NCBI GenBank assembly: GCA_003222245.1
Contig: QHVH01000023.1
Coordinates: 21,215 to 85,214 of the forward strand
DNA length: 64,000 nucleotides
Source of the DNA: Blastocatellia bacterium AA13
GTDB lineage: Bacteria; Acidobacteriota; Blastocatellia; UBA7656
Direction: 5' to 3'
Below are positions 18,818 to 29,685 of the stretch, one piece after another; within the stretch, counting starts at the first letter, position 1; each line of letters begins with the position of its first letter. The notes beneath the pieces were generated by a model. It worked only from the letters and a program-made list of their open reading frames with translations. It had not been told where the DNA came from and did not search any database. The position numbers and the translations under genes were made by a program.

Positions 18818-20143
18818 ATGAATGTCGCCATTAACGAGAGAAAAGGGTCGCTATTCGGCTGGACTCGCGAAGTAACCCGTTATCAATGGCTCGTGCTGTT
18901 GGTCGGATGGCTCGGATGGGTATTCGACAGCATGGACGGAACTCTGTTCTCGCTGGTTCAGCAGCCGTCGATGACCGAGTTGATGGGCGCGGGGGCGGAC
19001 GCCGCAACGGTAGCCCTGTACAGCAGAATCGTGCTTGCGGTCATGCTTCTCGGCTGGGCAGTGGGCGGAATCGCTTTTGGAGCGCTTGCCGACTACATCG
19101 GCCGAACGCGCGCATTAGTCGCGACGGTACTCATCTACTCGATCTTCACTGGCCTTTCGGCCGCGGCGCATTCGTGGATGCAGCTTTCAGCTTATCGATT
19201 TCTGACCGGTCTCGGACTTGGCGGCGAGTGGGCGGCAGGGGCGGCTTTGATCGCCGAGGTATGGCCCAATCACCTCCGCGCAAAAGCGGGAGCATTGCTT
19301 CAGTCCGCCGCCGCCTTCGGTTATTTTCTCGCGGCGCTGATAAACCTCTACATCGGAGTCTATTCGTGGAGATATGTTTATCTCGTGGGCGCGCTTCCTG
19401 CTGTCTTTGTCGTGACGATTCGGCTTCTCGTCAAAGAACCCGAGGCGTGGCTTGCGGTTCGAGCAAAGCGAAAGATGGCCGCCGCGCTGCAAACATCGCA
19501 AGGAGGCGAAGAACTCCGGCGGTTCACGCTGCGGGAATTATTCAATCCGAAGTTGAGGCGAGACACTCTGGTGGCGTCGGGGCTTGCCTTTGTGGTCCTG
19601 CTTGCGCTCTGGGGAGCTACCGTGTGGATTCCCGCCGCCGTGCGTGAAATGGCGGCGCACGCGGGATTCGATCTCAAGACCCAGTCGCGCTACGCCAGCT
19701 TCGGAGTGATGTTGTTGAACGGCGGCTCACTCGTCGGCTATCTGTCGTTCGGGCCGCTGGCGGATAAGCTTGGAAGGCGCGCCACTTTTTTGCTCTATTT
19801 CATAGGCGGCGTAGTGATGTTCCCGACGACTTTTCTTCTGACTTCCGGCCTCACGCAGGTATTCATCCTGCTGCCAATCCTCGGGATCTTTACGCTCGGA
19901 GTCACGAGCGGATTTCCGATCTACCTTCCGGAGTTATTCCCGACATACGTTCGAACAACGGGAGTGGGCTTCTGCTATAACCTCGGCAGGATCTTTACCG
20001 CGGGAAGCGTCTTCGGCATCGGGTTCGTGGCCGCCCTGTTTGGGTCCGAGGCGCGAACCGCCAGCGCCGTTAGCATGATTTATATTCTCGGAATGGTGCT
20101 TGTGATATTTGCGCGCGAGACCAAAGGCAAAGCGCTCGAGTAA
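18818..20143 (+). CDS. MFS transporter
   Basis: 441 aa with ~12 TM helices; MFS signature GRTRALVATVLIYS...LTGLGLGGEWAAGAALIAEVWP. Confidence 0.8.
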   Translation: MNVAINERKGSLFGWTREVTRYQWLVLLVGWLGWVFDSMDGTLFSLVQQPSMTELMGAGADAATVALYSRIVLAVMLLGWAVGGIAFGALADYIGRTRALVATVLIYSIFTGLSAAAHSWMQLSAYRFLTGLGLGGEWAAGAALIAEVWPNHLRAKAGALLQSAAAFGYFLAALINLYIGVYSWRYVYLVGALPAVFVVTIRLLVKEPEAWLAVRAKRKMAAALQTSQGGEELRRFTLRELFNPKLRRDTLVASGLAFVVLLALWGATVWIPAAVREMAAHAGFDLKTQSRYASFGVMLLNGGSLVGYLSFGPLADKLGRRATFLLYFIGGVVMFPTTFLLTSGLTQVFILLPILGIFTLGVTSGFPIYLPELFPTYVRTTGVGFCYNLGRIFTAGSVFGIGFVAALFGSEARTASAVSMIYILGMVLVIFARETKGKALE

Positions 20144-20340
20144 GTGCGTTCATAGATTACAGAAGAACGCGAGTCGAACGCTGACTTTCAGAAAGAAGAG
20201 ATACGCTACATAGACAGCCGCGTCGAGAACTCAGCCGGACCACAATCGTTCACCAAGAGTTAAGACTCCAAACACGCTCCTGCAAACACAACACGGAAGC
20301 AACACGGTTTACCAGATAGTTAAGGTGAACTGATCTATTG

Positions 20341-20372
20341 AAGCGACTCGGGCGGCATCCGGCCGTCCGAGT
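20341..20372 (-). terminator. Stem-loop immediately 3' of dnaE (putative terminator, weak U-tract)
   Basis: GACTCGGGCGG-catcc-GGCCGTCCGAGTC imperfect inverted repeat, 7-38 nt downstream of the dnaE stop. Confidence 0.35.
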
Positions 20373-20378
20373 CGTCCT

Positions 20379-23300
20379 TCACCCCAGAACAACTCTACAG
20401 TCGTGAAGAGTGTCGGTGATTGCGGCAATGAGGTTGGATGAGACCTTGACCTTGATAAACTGGTTGGGTTGCACTCGTATGATAGTCCCGCCCGCGCGCT
20501 CGACCTCAAAAATAACGTTGCAGTCGCCGCGATGGGCATCAAGAAGCTTGTGCAGTCGTTCGATTTTTTGGTCAGCCGTAGATTCAGCCATGCGAATCGT
20601 GACCTGACGCGCGTTCCGCTCCTGGATGCCGTCAAGGCCCTGTATGTCATCCGCAATGATCGTCATCGAGCCGCTGTCGTCGATTTCGAGCTTGCCTTTG
20701 ACAAGCACGGGCGAGTCGTTTTGAAGGAATCCGTTTGCCCTGCCGAACACCTCGGGCCACGCGACGACCTTGACCGAGCCAAGATGATCTTCGAGCTGGA
20801 ACAGCCCAAAGCGGTCGCCTTTCTTCGTCGTGCGAACGTTCAGCTCCATTACGATACCGCCGACCGCCGCCTGTGAGGCGTTCTCCATACCCGCCAGCTT
20901 GTCTACATCGGCATTCGCGAAGATCTTCAGCGCTTCGTCATAGCGAGCAAGCGGGTGTCCCGAAATATAGAAGCCAAGCGTCTCCTTCTCGCCTTTCAGC
21001 AGTTCGTGGTTACTCATCTCCTCGACGTTCGGCAGCGGCGGTTCAGCCGCTTCGCCCATCTGCTCGACTACGGCTCCAAACAGGCTTGCCTGCCCCGTAG
21101 CTTTTGCGCGTTGCGAGCGCTGGCCTGTTTCAATAGCGGAGTCGATAACCGCCATCAACTGCGCTCGATTGGCGTGAATAGAATCGAAGGCGCCGCCTTT
21201 GATAAGACCCTCGAGTACGCGCTTGTTGACCGCCCGCGAATCGACGCGCTCCGTGAAATCAAAAATGGACCTGAACGATCCTCCGGCTTCGCGGCCCTCG
21301 ATCATGCAGCTAACGGCGGCCTGCCCGATGCCTTTGATTGCAGCCAGGCCGAATCGAATCGCGTTTCCGGCCGCGCTGAATGTATCCACGCTCGCATTGA
21401 CATCGGGCGGCAAGATTTGAATTCCCTGCCCTCGCGCCTCGTTGATGTACTTCACGACTTTTGCCGTGTTGTTCAGTTCGTTCGACAAAACGGCGGCCCA
21501 AAAATGAGTCGGGTGATGGGCTTTCAAAAAGGCGGTCTGGTATGCCAAAAACCCGTATGAAAACGAATGCGCGCGGTTGAATGCATAGTCGGCGAAGCCT
21601 TCAAAGCCCTGCCACAGTTGCTCCAGCTTCGGCCGGGCGTGGCCGCGCTCGGCTGCTTGATTGAGGAATTTTTCCTTATGCTTATCAAGCTCCTCGCGCT
21701 TCTTTTTTCCCATCGCCCGGCGGACAAGATCGGCTTCACCGAGCGAGTATCCGGCAAGCCTCTGGAATACCTCCATCAGTTGTTCCTGATAGACGCAGAT
21801 TCCGAGCGTGTTGCCCATGACTTCTTTGAGCTCGGGAAAGTCGTAGCGAACCTTGCGGCGACCGTGGCGGCGTTCGATGAAGTCGTCAACCATTCCGCTG
21901 TCGATCGGACCCGGACGATAGAGCGCGTTGAGCGCCGAAAGATCTTCGAGCCCATCCGGTTTAAGACGCCGGCATAGATCTTTCATTCCCTCGGATTCAA
22001 ACTGAAAGATGGCTTCCGTCTTTCCTTCAGCAAATAGTCTCAGCGCGGCCGGATCGTTTAACGGAATTTGGCTCAGATCCAGTACCTCGGACGTTTCCCG
22101 CTCAATCGATTTCAGGCAATCCTCGATGATGGTCAGCGTCGTCAGGCCAAGAAAATCCATCTTGAGCATGCCGGTCTTTTCCAGATCGTTCATCGAGTAC
22201 TGTGTCGTTATTTCATCCCGGCTTGTCTTCGACACAGGCACGAGCTCCGAAATCGGCTTCGGAGAGATGACCACCCCCGCCGCGTGAACCGAGGCGTGAC
22301 GCGAGCACCCTTCGAGGCGCTTGGCTATCTCGATTACGTCCTTCACTCGAGGATCATTATCAATGGCCTGTTTCAGATCGGAGTTCTGCTTGATTGCTTC
22401 GTCGATTGAGACGTTTCGCCCGCGAACCGGCGGCGGGATCATCTTGGCGATTTTCTCGACCTCCGAGTACGGCATTTCAAGCGCTCGTCCAACGTCCTTG
22501 ATGGCCGCCTTGGACGCAAGTGTACCGAACGTGCTGATCTGGGCTACGTGATCGCGGCCGTAGTAACCGGCGACATACTCGATTACCTTCTGTCGGCCTC
22601 GAACGCAGAAGTCGATGTCGATATCGGGCATCGAAACACGCTCGGGGTTCAGGAACCGCTCGAAGATCAGATCGTACTGAAGCGGATCGAGATCCGTGAT
22701 TCTCATGCTGTAGGCTACGAGCGAACCGGCCGCCGATCCGCGCCCTGGTCCGACCGGAATCCCGTTCTTCCTCGCATATGAAATGAAATCCCAGACGATC
22801 AGGAAATAGGCCGCGTAGCCCATCTCATTAATAACTTTGATTTCGAGCTCGAGCCGCTCTTTGTAATCGTCAAGATCGCGCTTGCGATCCGGGTGGTCCT
22901 TGATCGATTGCCAGCGTTCTTCGAGTCCTCGCCTCGCGACTTTCTCGAAGTAGCTTTCCGTGGATTCGCCTTCGGGAACGCGGTATTCCGGCAAATGGTT
23001 TTGACCTTGCGGCAATTGCAGATCGCACATCTCCGCTATTCGAACCGTATTCAGGAGGGCTTCAGGAAACTCCGATCCAAACAGATCCCACATTTCCCGC
23101 GGAGTGCGGTAATAGAACTCGGCCTCTTTGTACTTCAGCCTCCGCTGTTCGTTCACGGTCTTTCCAGCGCCTATACAAACCAGGACGTCGTGAGCCCGCC
23201 AGTCCTCTTTCATCAAGTAGTGGCAGTCGTTCGTTGCCGCAAGCGGAATCCCTGTCTTTTTGGAAATCTCGCGCATTCCCGGAATCACGGCGCCTGTTTC

Positions 23301-23855
23301 TTCCTCCAGTCCGTGATTCTGGATTTCGAGAAAGTAGTTGCCCTTGCCGAAAATGTCTTCGAACTCCTTGGCCTGGGCTATGGCCTGATCCATCTTGTCG
23401 GTAAGCAGAAGCGATGAGGGCACGCCGGAAAGGCAGGCAGAGAGACCGACCAGCCCTTCTGAATGTTTCGCCAATAGTTCTTTGTCGATGCGAGGCTTGT
23501 AATAGAAGCCTTCAAGGTAGGACACCGACGAGAGCCGCGCGAGGTTATGATAGCCCTCCAGGTTCTTGGCCAGTAGGATGATGTGATTCGTTCCGCGCTC
23601 TCCGGCGTCGTCTTTGCGATCCGTATGCTTGCCTTTTGCTAGATAGGCTTCGATGCCGATGATGGGCTTTATGCCCGTCCCCTTCATGTTGTTATAAAAG
23701 GAGACGGCTCCATATAGATTGCCGTGATCGGTTACGGCGACTGCTCTGGCGCCGGTCTCCTGCGCCCTTTTTGCGAGCGGCTTTATCTGAATCGCTCCAT
23801 CCAGGAGACTAAAGTCGGTATGAAGATGCAGGTGTACGAAATCCTTTTCGTTCAT
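20379..23855 (-). CDS. dnaE: DNA polymerase III alpha subunit
   Basis: 1158 aa. PHP domain FVHLHLHTDFSLLDG, polymerase core and OB fold; full-length DnaE. Confidence 0.95.
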   Translation of the reverse strand: MNEKDFVHLHLHTDFSLLDGAIQIKPLAKRAQETGARAVAVTDHGNLYGAVSFYNNMKGTGIKPIIGIEAYLAKGKHTDRKDDAGERGTNHIILLAKNLEGYHNLARLSSVSYLEGFYYKPRIDKELLAKHSEGLVGLSACLSGVPSSLLLTDKMDQAIAQAKEFEDIFGKGNYFLEIQNHGLEEETGAVIPGMREISKKTGIPLAATNDCHYLMKEDWRAHDVLVCIGAGKTVNEQRRLKYKEAEFYYRTPREMWDLFGSEFPEALLNTVRIAEMCDLQLPQGQNHLPEYRVPEGESTESYFEKVARRGLEERWQSIKDHPDRKRDLDDYKERLELEIKVINEMGYAAYFLIVWDFISYARKNGIPVGPGRGSAAGSLVAYSMRITDLDPLQYDLIFERFLNPERVSMPDIDIDFCVRGRQKVIEYVAGYYGRDHVAQISTFGTLASKAAIKDVGRALEMPYSEVEKIAKMIPPPVRGRNVSIDEAIKQNSDLKQAIDNDPRVKDVIEIAKRLEGCSRHASVHAAGVVISPKPISELVPVSKTSRDEITTQYSMNDLEKTGMLKMDFLGLTTLTIIEDCLKSIERETSEVLDLSQIPLNDPAALRLFAEGKTEAIFQFESEGMKDLCRRLKPDGLEDLSALNALYRPGPIDSGMVDDFIERRHGRRKVRYDFPELKEVMGNTLGICVYQEQLMEVFQRLAGYSLGEADLVRRAMGKKKREELDKHKEKFLNQAAERGHARPKLEQLWQGFEGFADYAFNRAHSFSYGFLAYQTAFLKAHHPTHFWAAVLSNELNNTAKVVKYINEARGQGIQILPPDVNASVDTFSAAGNAIRFGLAAIKGIGQAAVSCMIEGREAGGSFRSIFDFTERVDSRAVNKRVLEGLIKGGAFDSIHANRAQLMAVIDSAIETGQRSQRAKATGQASLFGAVVEQMGEAAEPPLPNVEEMSNHELLKGEKETLGFYISGHPLARYDEALKIFANADVDKLAGMENASQAAVGGIVMELNVRTTKKGDRFGLFQLEDHLGSVKVVAWPEVFGRANGFLQNDSPVLVKGKLEIDDSGSMTIIADDIQGLDGIQERNARQVTIRMAESTADQKIERLHKLLDAHRGDCNVIFEVERAGGTIIRVQPNQFIKVKVSSNLIAAITDTLHDCRVVLG

Positions 23856-24290
23856 TGTCGTTTCTTATAAGTTGTCAAAGTGAAAGGGTGCTTTAATCGT
23901 GGCGCCTCGCCTCGGCAGGCGAAGCTGTCGATCAAAATGATTGTAATCGTAGGTGGTTCAATACATCCAGAACGCGTCGGCACTATAGCACAACGAGAAT
24001 CGCCCGGACACCACAAATTGTGGGGATCAGCGGGAGAGCCCCGTCATATTGGGGATTGAGCTTTGGACGATCTGAGATACGCCTCAGCATGGTATGGGGC
24101 CGGTCTAACGGGCTGCATTCCGCGGGAGAGACTCGAGGGAACTTGGTTAATGTTCAAGATGCAATCAGCCGGTATCGGAGCGTTTCTACGACAACCCCTG
24201 ATCCAATCGATTTCATTGCCATCGAACATTTCTACTTTATAATACCAGTGCGTCCTTTTTTGTTTTGAACACGAGCTTGATGGAGATCTG

Positions 24291-25283
24291 ATGGCGACCG
24301 CGCCTGTATCCAATATTGATGTGAATGTTGTGCCTCTGGCCGACGTGAAGCTGGCCAGGCTCGAGGATCTATTCGATCGACAGTGCGATGAATGGTTCTC
24401 CCTCTTGCGCTGGGACTATACCGGGCCGAGTCGTTTGATCCGAAACGTAGCCAGGGAGGGCGAGCTCACCGGGTTCGCCGCTTCGGTCAACGGCGACGTA
24501 GTCGGTTTCGCGTTCTATGTCATAGAGGGGTCGCGCTGCTCCGTCGGCGACATCTATGTTGCTGAAGCGTGGAGGGGAAGAGGCGTGGATCGCCGCTTGA
24601 CCCTCTCGATTCTCGAGCACATCGAGAAAGTCCCTCGCGTTCGCCGCGTTGAGAGCCAGTGCCTGAGTATCGGGAACGACGGCATTGATGAGCTCTTCGT
24701 CTCGCGCGGCTTCGAGCGATTCAACCGGCAGTATCTGATGATCAATCTCGACTCCCCAAGCCAGTCGTCCAGGCGGCCGCAGCCCGTAAGCGGCAAGGCG
24801 AGATCGCTGCCGGATGTAGTAATCAGGCCATGGTCAGACTCGGATTTTAGCCGGGCGGCACAGGTGATTCACGCGTCGTACGTAGGCCAGCACGATAGCA
24901 AGATCAACGCGCAGTATCGCACGGAACCGGGCTGCGTCGAGCTGATGTCGATACTAACCGACACGCTCTGGTGCGGAAAATTTCTTCCGGAAAAGTCCAA
25001 GACCGTAATCGATCGGTCGAGCGGAAATCTCATCGGCGTTCTGATAGCTTCCAAGATCGCGAATCGAGCCGGACACATCGGGCAGATTTCGATCGCTCCG
25101 GCGGTTCAGGGCTGCGGACTCGGACGCCGCTTGATTGAAGCAACACTCGGGAACTTCCGCGAGTCCGGATTTGAAACCACATCTCTGGCCGTCACCAAAG
25201 AAAATTTCCGGGCGCTTCACCTCTATCAGTCGTGCGGTTTTCGGCTGGTGCATTCCTTCCCGGTATTCTTCCACGGCTGGTAG
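24291..25283 (+). CDS. GNAT-family N-acetyltransferase (tandem GNAT domains)
   Basis: 330 aa. Two acetyl-CoA-binding motifs: VAEAWRGRGVDRRL and QISIAPAVQGCGLGRRLIEA. Confidence 0.7.
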   Translation: MATAPVSNIDVNVVPLADVKLARLEDLFDRQCDEWFSLLRWDYTGPSRLIRNVAREGELTGFAASVNGDVVGFAFYVIEGSRCSVGDIYVAEAWRGRGVDRRLTLSILEHIEKVPRVRRVESQCLSIGNDGIDELFVSRGFERFNRQYLMINLDSPSQSSRRPQPVSGKARSLPDVVIRPWSDSDFSRAAQVIHASYVGQHDSKINAQYRTEPGCVELMSILTDTLWCGKFLPEKSKTVIDRSSGNLIGVLIASKIANRAGHIGQISIAPAVQGCGLGRRLIEATLGNFRESGFETTSLAVTKENFRALHLYQSCGFRLVHSFPVFFHGW

Positions 25284-25294
25284 ATCCTCTCCGT

Positions 25295-27019
25295 TTATTG
25301 CCTCCCTGTCACGCGGCCCGGACCCCACAGAGCACGGCCGGGCTTCGCGCCCGTATGCTCGCCATCCTTCAGCACCTGAACCCCGTTCACGAATACATGC
25401 TTCATCCCGATTGAATATTGATGCGGCTTTTCAAAGGTGGCGCGATCGGCAATTGTGGCCGGATCGAAGATGACCACGTCCGCGAACATCCCTTCCTTGA
25501 TAAAGCCCCGGTGATCCAAACCGAGATTCGTAGCGGGTAGTCCGGACAATCGCTTTATCGCCTCTTCAAGAGAGATAACTTTTTCTTCGCGCACGTATTT
25601 GCCGAGCAGTCTCGTAAAATTGCCGTAGGCGCGCGGGTGGGTCGACGATTTCAGAAAGACTCCCTCCGGCGCCATCGATCCGGCATCGGAGCCAAACGAA
25701 ACCCAGGGCTGTCGTATCTGCTTTTTTATATTCTCTTCATTCATCATGAAGTAGACGGTTCCAACTCGCGATTGATCCTCGAGCACGAGATCCATAACAG
25801 TCTCCACCGGATCTTTGCCTCGGAGCTTCGCCGCCTCCGCAAGCGTTTTGCCTGTATATTGCTTCAACTTTTCAGATTTGAATTCCACAAGGAGGATTCG
25901 GTCCGGCGAGCCCGCCGCGAGATAGAGGTTCTCCCAATCATCCGAAGGCGTGCGAATCGCCGCCGCGATCTTCTTGCGCTCTTCCGGATCTCGCAGGCGT
26001 TTGAAGAGAGCATCATAGCCGCCGTCTTCGGCCCACGGAGGCATCGCCGCATCCAGGCCGGTTGCACCAGCGGGATAAGTGTACATATCGGCGGTGATCT
26101 TCAGGCCTTCCTTGCGCGCGGCGTCGATCATTGCGATCACCCGATCCATCTTATCCCAGTTTCGCTGACCGGCCGCTTTCAAGTGATAGATCTCCGCTGG
26201 AACGTGAGCCTCGCGCGCTATGCGAATGAGCTCGGCTACGGCTTCGAGGAGCCGGTTGCCTTCGCTTCGCATGTGAGATATGTACTTGCCCTGATATTTG
26301 GCGGCGACTTTGCACATCTCGATAAGCTCCTCAGTATTGGCATAAAAAGCTGGAGCATAGATCAGCGATGAGCCAATCCCGAGCGCTCCTGCCCTCATCT
26401 CGCGCTCTACAAGCTCTCGCATCTTCTGAAGCTGTGCGGGAGTCGCTCTTTTATCTTCCAGTCCGACGACGTACTCCCGAATCGTTGTAGCGCCGATATA
26501 AGACGCGATGTTCGGCGAAATTCCGCGCTTCTGCATATACAAAAGGTAGTCGCTCAACGTAGTCCACGGAATGTCGTACTTCAGATCGCCCTGCTGCTGT
26601 TTGCGCCTTTTTTTCATCTCCTGGGTGAGCGGACCCATCGAATCGCCTTCGCCGAATATCTCGGTTGTGACGCCCTGCCGTATCTCCCCTTGCGAGCGTC
26701 CGTCTATGATCAGAGTATCGACCGACCAGGAGAGCATGTTTATGAATCCGGGAGCTACCGCAAGCCCGCCTGCATTGATGACTTGTCTCGCATCCGCCGA
26801 TTTGAGATCGCCGATCGCTGCGATTCGATCCCCCTTAATCGCAACATCGGCTCTAACCGGACTCGCGCCCGTACCGTCGTAAACGGTTCCTCCCTTGATC
26901 AGCACATCGTAGCGCGTCTTTTGCCCTTTCCGGCGAGATCCCTGCGCTGCTTGCGGACTGGGCGGAAAGGCGGATGCCGCGAGTAGCAGCAATACAATCG
27001 CAGTGACGGCACGTCTCAT
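25295..27019 (-). CDS. N-acyl-D-amino-acid deacylase (D-aminoacylase) family amidohydrolase, secreted
   Basis: Likely start is MRRAVTAIVLLLLAASA (signal peptide). Amidohydrolase motifs: DVLIKGGTVYDGTG...GLAVAPGFINMLSWS...GSDAG. Confidence 0.75.
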   Translation of the reverse strand: MRRAVTAIVLLLLAASAFPPSPQAAQGSRRKGQKTRYDVLIKGGTVYDGTGASPVRADVAIKGDRIAAIGDLKSADARQVINAGGLAVAPGFINMLSWSVDTLIIDGRSQGEIRQGVTTEIFGEGDSMGPLTQEMKKRRKQQQGDLKYDIPWTTLSDYLLYMQKRGISPNIASYIGATTIREYVVGLEDKRATPAQLQKMRELVEREMRAGALGIGSSLIYAPAFYANTEELIEMCKVAAKYQGKYISHMRSEGNRLLEAVAELIRIAREAHVPAEIYHLKAAGQRNWDKMDRVIAMIDAARKEGLKITADMYTYPAGATGLDAAMPPWAEDGGYDALFKRLRDPEERKKIAAAIRTPSDDWENLYLAAGSPDRILLVEFKSEKLKQYTGKTLAEAAKLRGKDPVETVMDLVLEDQSRVGTVYFMMNEENIKKQIRQPWVSFGSDAGSMAPEGVFLKSSTHPRAYGNFTRLLGKYVREEKVISLEEAIKRLSGLPATNLGLDHRGFIKEGMFADVVIFDPATIADRATFEKPHQYSIGMKHVFVNGVQVLKDGEHTGAKPGRALWGPGRVTGRQ

Positions 27020-27335
27020 TTCTTTCCTCCGTTCGACGAATTGTGTCGGGATGATAGTGTCTGCTGCCCGTCCTTGCAACAAGACTGCTTGCGAAAAAAC
27101 TCTGATTGATCACCATCCCGATAGACACCTGAAGTTTGGCAATTGGCAAGGCTGGGAGCCCCAGGGCATCCTGCCTGTGCGCTGCCAGTCCACTGGTGGT
27201 TCTCGAGATCGGGGACTCGAGAATAGGCAGCCGGTACACTGGTCGGCGCGTCGCCTGTCCGGCTTGCCGTCGAGCTTGAATAACGGATACCATCTGCGCT
27301 CTTGAACCAATCATCACGCCGCCGGAGTTAGAGCA

Positions 27336-28202
27336 TTGGAACCTGTCTCGCACTACTATTACTCTCATCGACTGAAGCTTCATTTTTGGGACTGGGGGCA
27401 GGAAGGCAAGCCTGCCCTGATATTGGTACACGGCGGACTCGACCACGCGCGAAATTGGGATTGGGTTGCGCGAGTCCTGCGAGAGCATTTCCACGTTTAC
27501 GCGATCGATCTGCGAGGCCACGGAAACAGCGCATGGGCTCCTGGAGCCCTTTACAGCATAGCCGAGCACGTGCTCGATCTCTCCGCGCTGGCGGACATCA
27601 TAAACGATTTCCCGATCTACATCGTCGGACATTCACTCGGCGGCATCGTAACGCTGCTGTATTCGGGTGTGTATCCGGATCGAGTAAAGAAAGCGGTGTC
27701 AATCGAAGGGCTCGGCCCGCCGCTGTCGCATCCGGTTTTCGGGCCCGCATCCGAACGAATGAGGAACTGGATCGAAAAGATCCGAAACACTGAAGGCCGA
27801 GAGTCGCACAGCTATCCGTGCCTTGCCGCGGCGATCAAGCGAATGAAAGAAGCAAATCCGCATCTCTCGGATGAAGTGGCCGAGCATCTCACTCTACACG
27901 GAACCAACTGGAACGCCGACGGCTCGCTGATCTGGAAGTTCGACAACTACGCGCGGCCTTTCGCTCCATATGGCCATAATGCGGATGATATGAGCGAGAT
28001 ACTCGGACAGATACGATGCCCGGTACTGTTGTTCTGGGGGATGGAGAGCTGGGCGACCGATCCCGAAGCCGACGGCCGAGCAGCCAAAATAGCAAACCAT
28101 AGACTCGTGAAGGTCGCCAATGCAGGCCATTGGGTCCACCACGATCAATTGGATCTCTTTTTAAAGGAGACGACGAGCTTCCTGCTCGGTTCGCCGATAT
28201 GA
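27336..28202 (+). CDS. Alpha/beta-fold hydrolase
   Basis: 288 aa; HGG oxyanion region (ALILVHGGLDHARNW) and nucleophile elbow GHSLGG. Confidence 0.75.
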   Translation: MEPVSHYYYSHRLKLHFWDWGQEGKPALILVHGGLDHARNWDWVARVLREHFHVYAIDLRGHGNSAWAPGALYSIAEHVLDLSALADIINDFPIYIVGHSLGGIVTLLYSGVYPDRVKKAVSIEGLGPPLSHPVFGPASERMRNWIEKIRNTEGRESHSYPCLAAAIKRMKEANPHLSDEVAEHLTLHGTNWNADGSLIWKFDNYARPFAPYGHNADDMSEILGQIRCPVLLFWGMESWATDPEADGRAAKIANHRLVKVANAGHWVHHDQLDLFLKETTSFLLGSPI

Positions 28203-29578
28203 AAACTATAATAAAGAACGGCAATATCGTAACCGCGGTAGACAATTATTTCGCGGACATCCTTATCGAAGACGGCAAGGTTGCCATCATAGGGGCCAAA
28301 CTCCACATGGATGCCGACCAGTTCATCGACGCCGCCGACAAACTCGTCATCCCGGGCGGAATCGATCCGCACACGCATATGGAGCTTCCTTTTGGAGGCG
28401 CTTCGTCTTCCGACGACTTCAAAACGGGAACCATAGCCGCGGCCCACGGCGGCACGACCACCATCATCGACTTCGCGGTCCAATATCACGGCGAGTCGCT
28501 CGTCGAGGCGGTAGACAACTGGCACAAGAAAGCCGAAGGCAAAACCGCGATCGATTATGGTTTTCACCTCATAACGACAGACCTGCCCGATGAGCGCGTG
28601 CCGGAAATGCGACAGCTCATAAGCGAAGGCGTGATGAGCTTCAAGCTCTTCATGGCTTATCCGGGAGTCTTTCTCGTGGATGACGCGACGATCTACCGGG
28701 CTATGAAGAACGCAGGCGAGGCCGGCGGCTTGATCTGTATGCATGCCGAAAATGGAGTCGTCATCAACGAGATCATCAAACACGCACTCGCGGAAGGAAA
28801 GACGGCTCCCAAATATCACGCGCTGACTCGTCCTACAAAAGCCGAAGCCGAAGGGGTCCACCGCGCGATTGCCATCGCGGAGATGGCGGAGGCGCCGGTC
28901 TACATTGTTCATCTGAGCTGCTCGGATGCGCTTGACGAAGTTCGAGAAGCGCGCGACCTCGGACTGCCCACCTACGCCGAAACGTGCCCGCAGTATCTCT
29001 TCCTCGACTACTCACTTTATGAGCGCGAAGGGTTCGAAGGCGCGAAGTGGGTGATGACGCCGCCGCTTCGCGAGAAATGGAACCAGGAGAAGCTGTGGCA
29101 GGGCCTCAAGGGAAACGATCTGCAGGTTATCTCTACCGACCACTGCCCGTTCTGTTTCAAAGAGCAGAAGGAGCTTGGCCGCGATGACTTCACCAAGATT
29201 CCGAACGGCGGCCCCGGCGTCGAACATCGAATGAGCCTGATCTACAACGGAGGCGTAGCCGAAGGCCGGATCGACGTGAATCGCTTTGTTGAGCTGACTT
29301 CAACCGCCGCCGCGAAATTATTCGGGCTCTTCCCGCGCAAGGGAACCATCGCCGTAGGCTCGGACGCCGATATCGTAGTATTCGATCCCAACGAAGAGAT
29401 GGTGCTCTCGTCCGCGACTCATCATATGAACGTCGACTACAGCGCCTATGAAGGCATGAAGATCCGGGGCGCGGCCAAGACGGTTCTCTCACGGGGCCGT
29501 ATCGTCATTGAAAAGGGCGAGTATGTCGGCCGTCCCGGCGACGGTGAATTCCTTAAGCGCGGGACGTTCAGCATGTGA
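28199..29578 (+). CDS. hydA: Dihydropyrimidinase / D-hydantoinase
   Basis: ATG at 28199-28201 overlaps the upstream stop (ATATGA). Motifs: MKTIIKNGNIVT...GGIDPHTHMELPFGG...SFKLFMAY...VHLSC. Confidence 0.85.
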   Translation: MKTIIKNGNIVTAVDNYFADILIEDGKVAIIGAKLHMDADQFIDAADKLVIPGGIDPHTHMELPFGGASSSDDFKTGTIAAAHGGTTTIIDFAVQYHGESLVEAVDNWHKKAEGKTAIDYGFHLITTDLPDERVPEMRQLISEGVMSFKLFMAYPGVFLVDDATIYRAMKNAGEAGGLICMHAENGVVINEIIKHALAEGKTAPKYHALTRPTKAEAEGVHRAIAIAEMAEAPVYIVHLSCSDALDEVREARDLGLPTYAETCPQYLFLDYSLYEREGFEGAKWVMTPPLREKWNQEKLWQGLKGNDLQVISTDHCPFCFKEQKELGRDDFTKIPNGGPGVEHRMSLIYNGGVAEGRIDVNRFVELTSTAAAKLFGLFPRKGTIAVGSDADIVVFDPNEEMVLSSATHHMNVDYSAYEGMKIRGAAKTVLSRGRIVIEKGEYVGRPGDGEFLKRGTFSM

Positions 29579-29685
29579 AGCAAGAAAGCCGAAGATTCCG
29601 CCGCCCGGTGATATAATGCCGCCCAGCCCTGAAACACCCTAAGCGAGCCAGCCCCAAATACTCCGGGCCGAATCAAGGAGAGCAA

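Noticed and set aside
18886-19647. 253-aa Arg-rich ORF inside the MFS transporter gene (plus strand, alternative frame)
   Set aside because: It is an out-of-frame overlap with a 12-TM MFS protein and has Arg/Gly-rich composition typical of GC-rich off-frame translation.
20955-21560. 201-aa plus-strand ORF
   Set aside because: It is antisense to dnaE, whose reading frame is continuous and conserved over 1158 aa.
25637-26371. 244-aa plus-strand ORF
   Set aside because: It is antisense to the D-aminoacylase gene.
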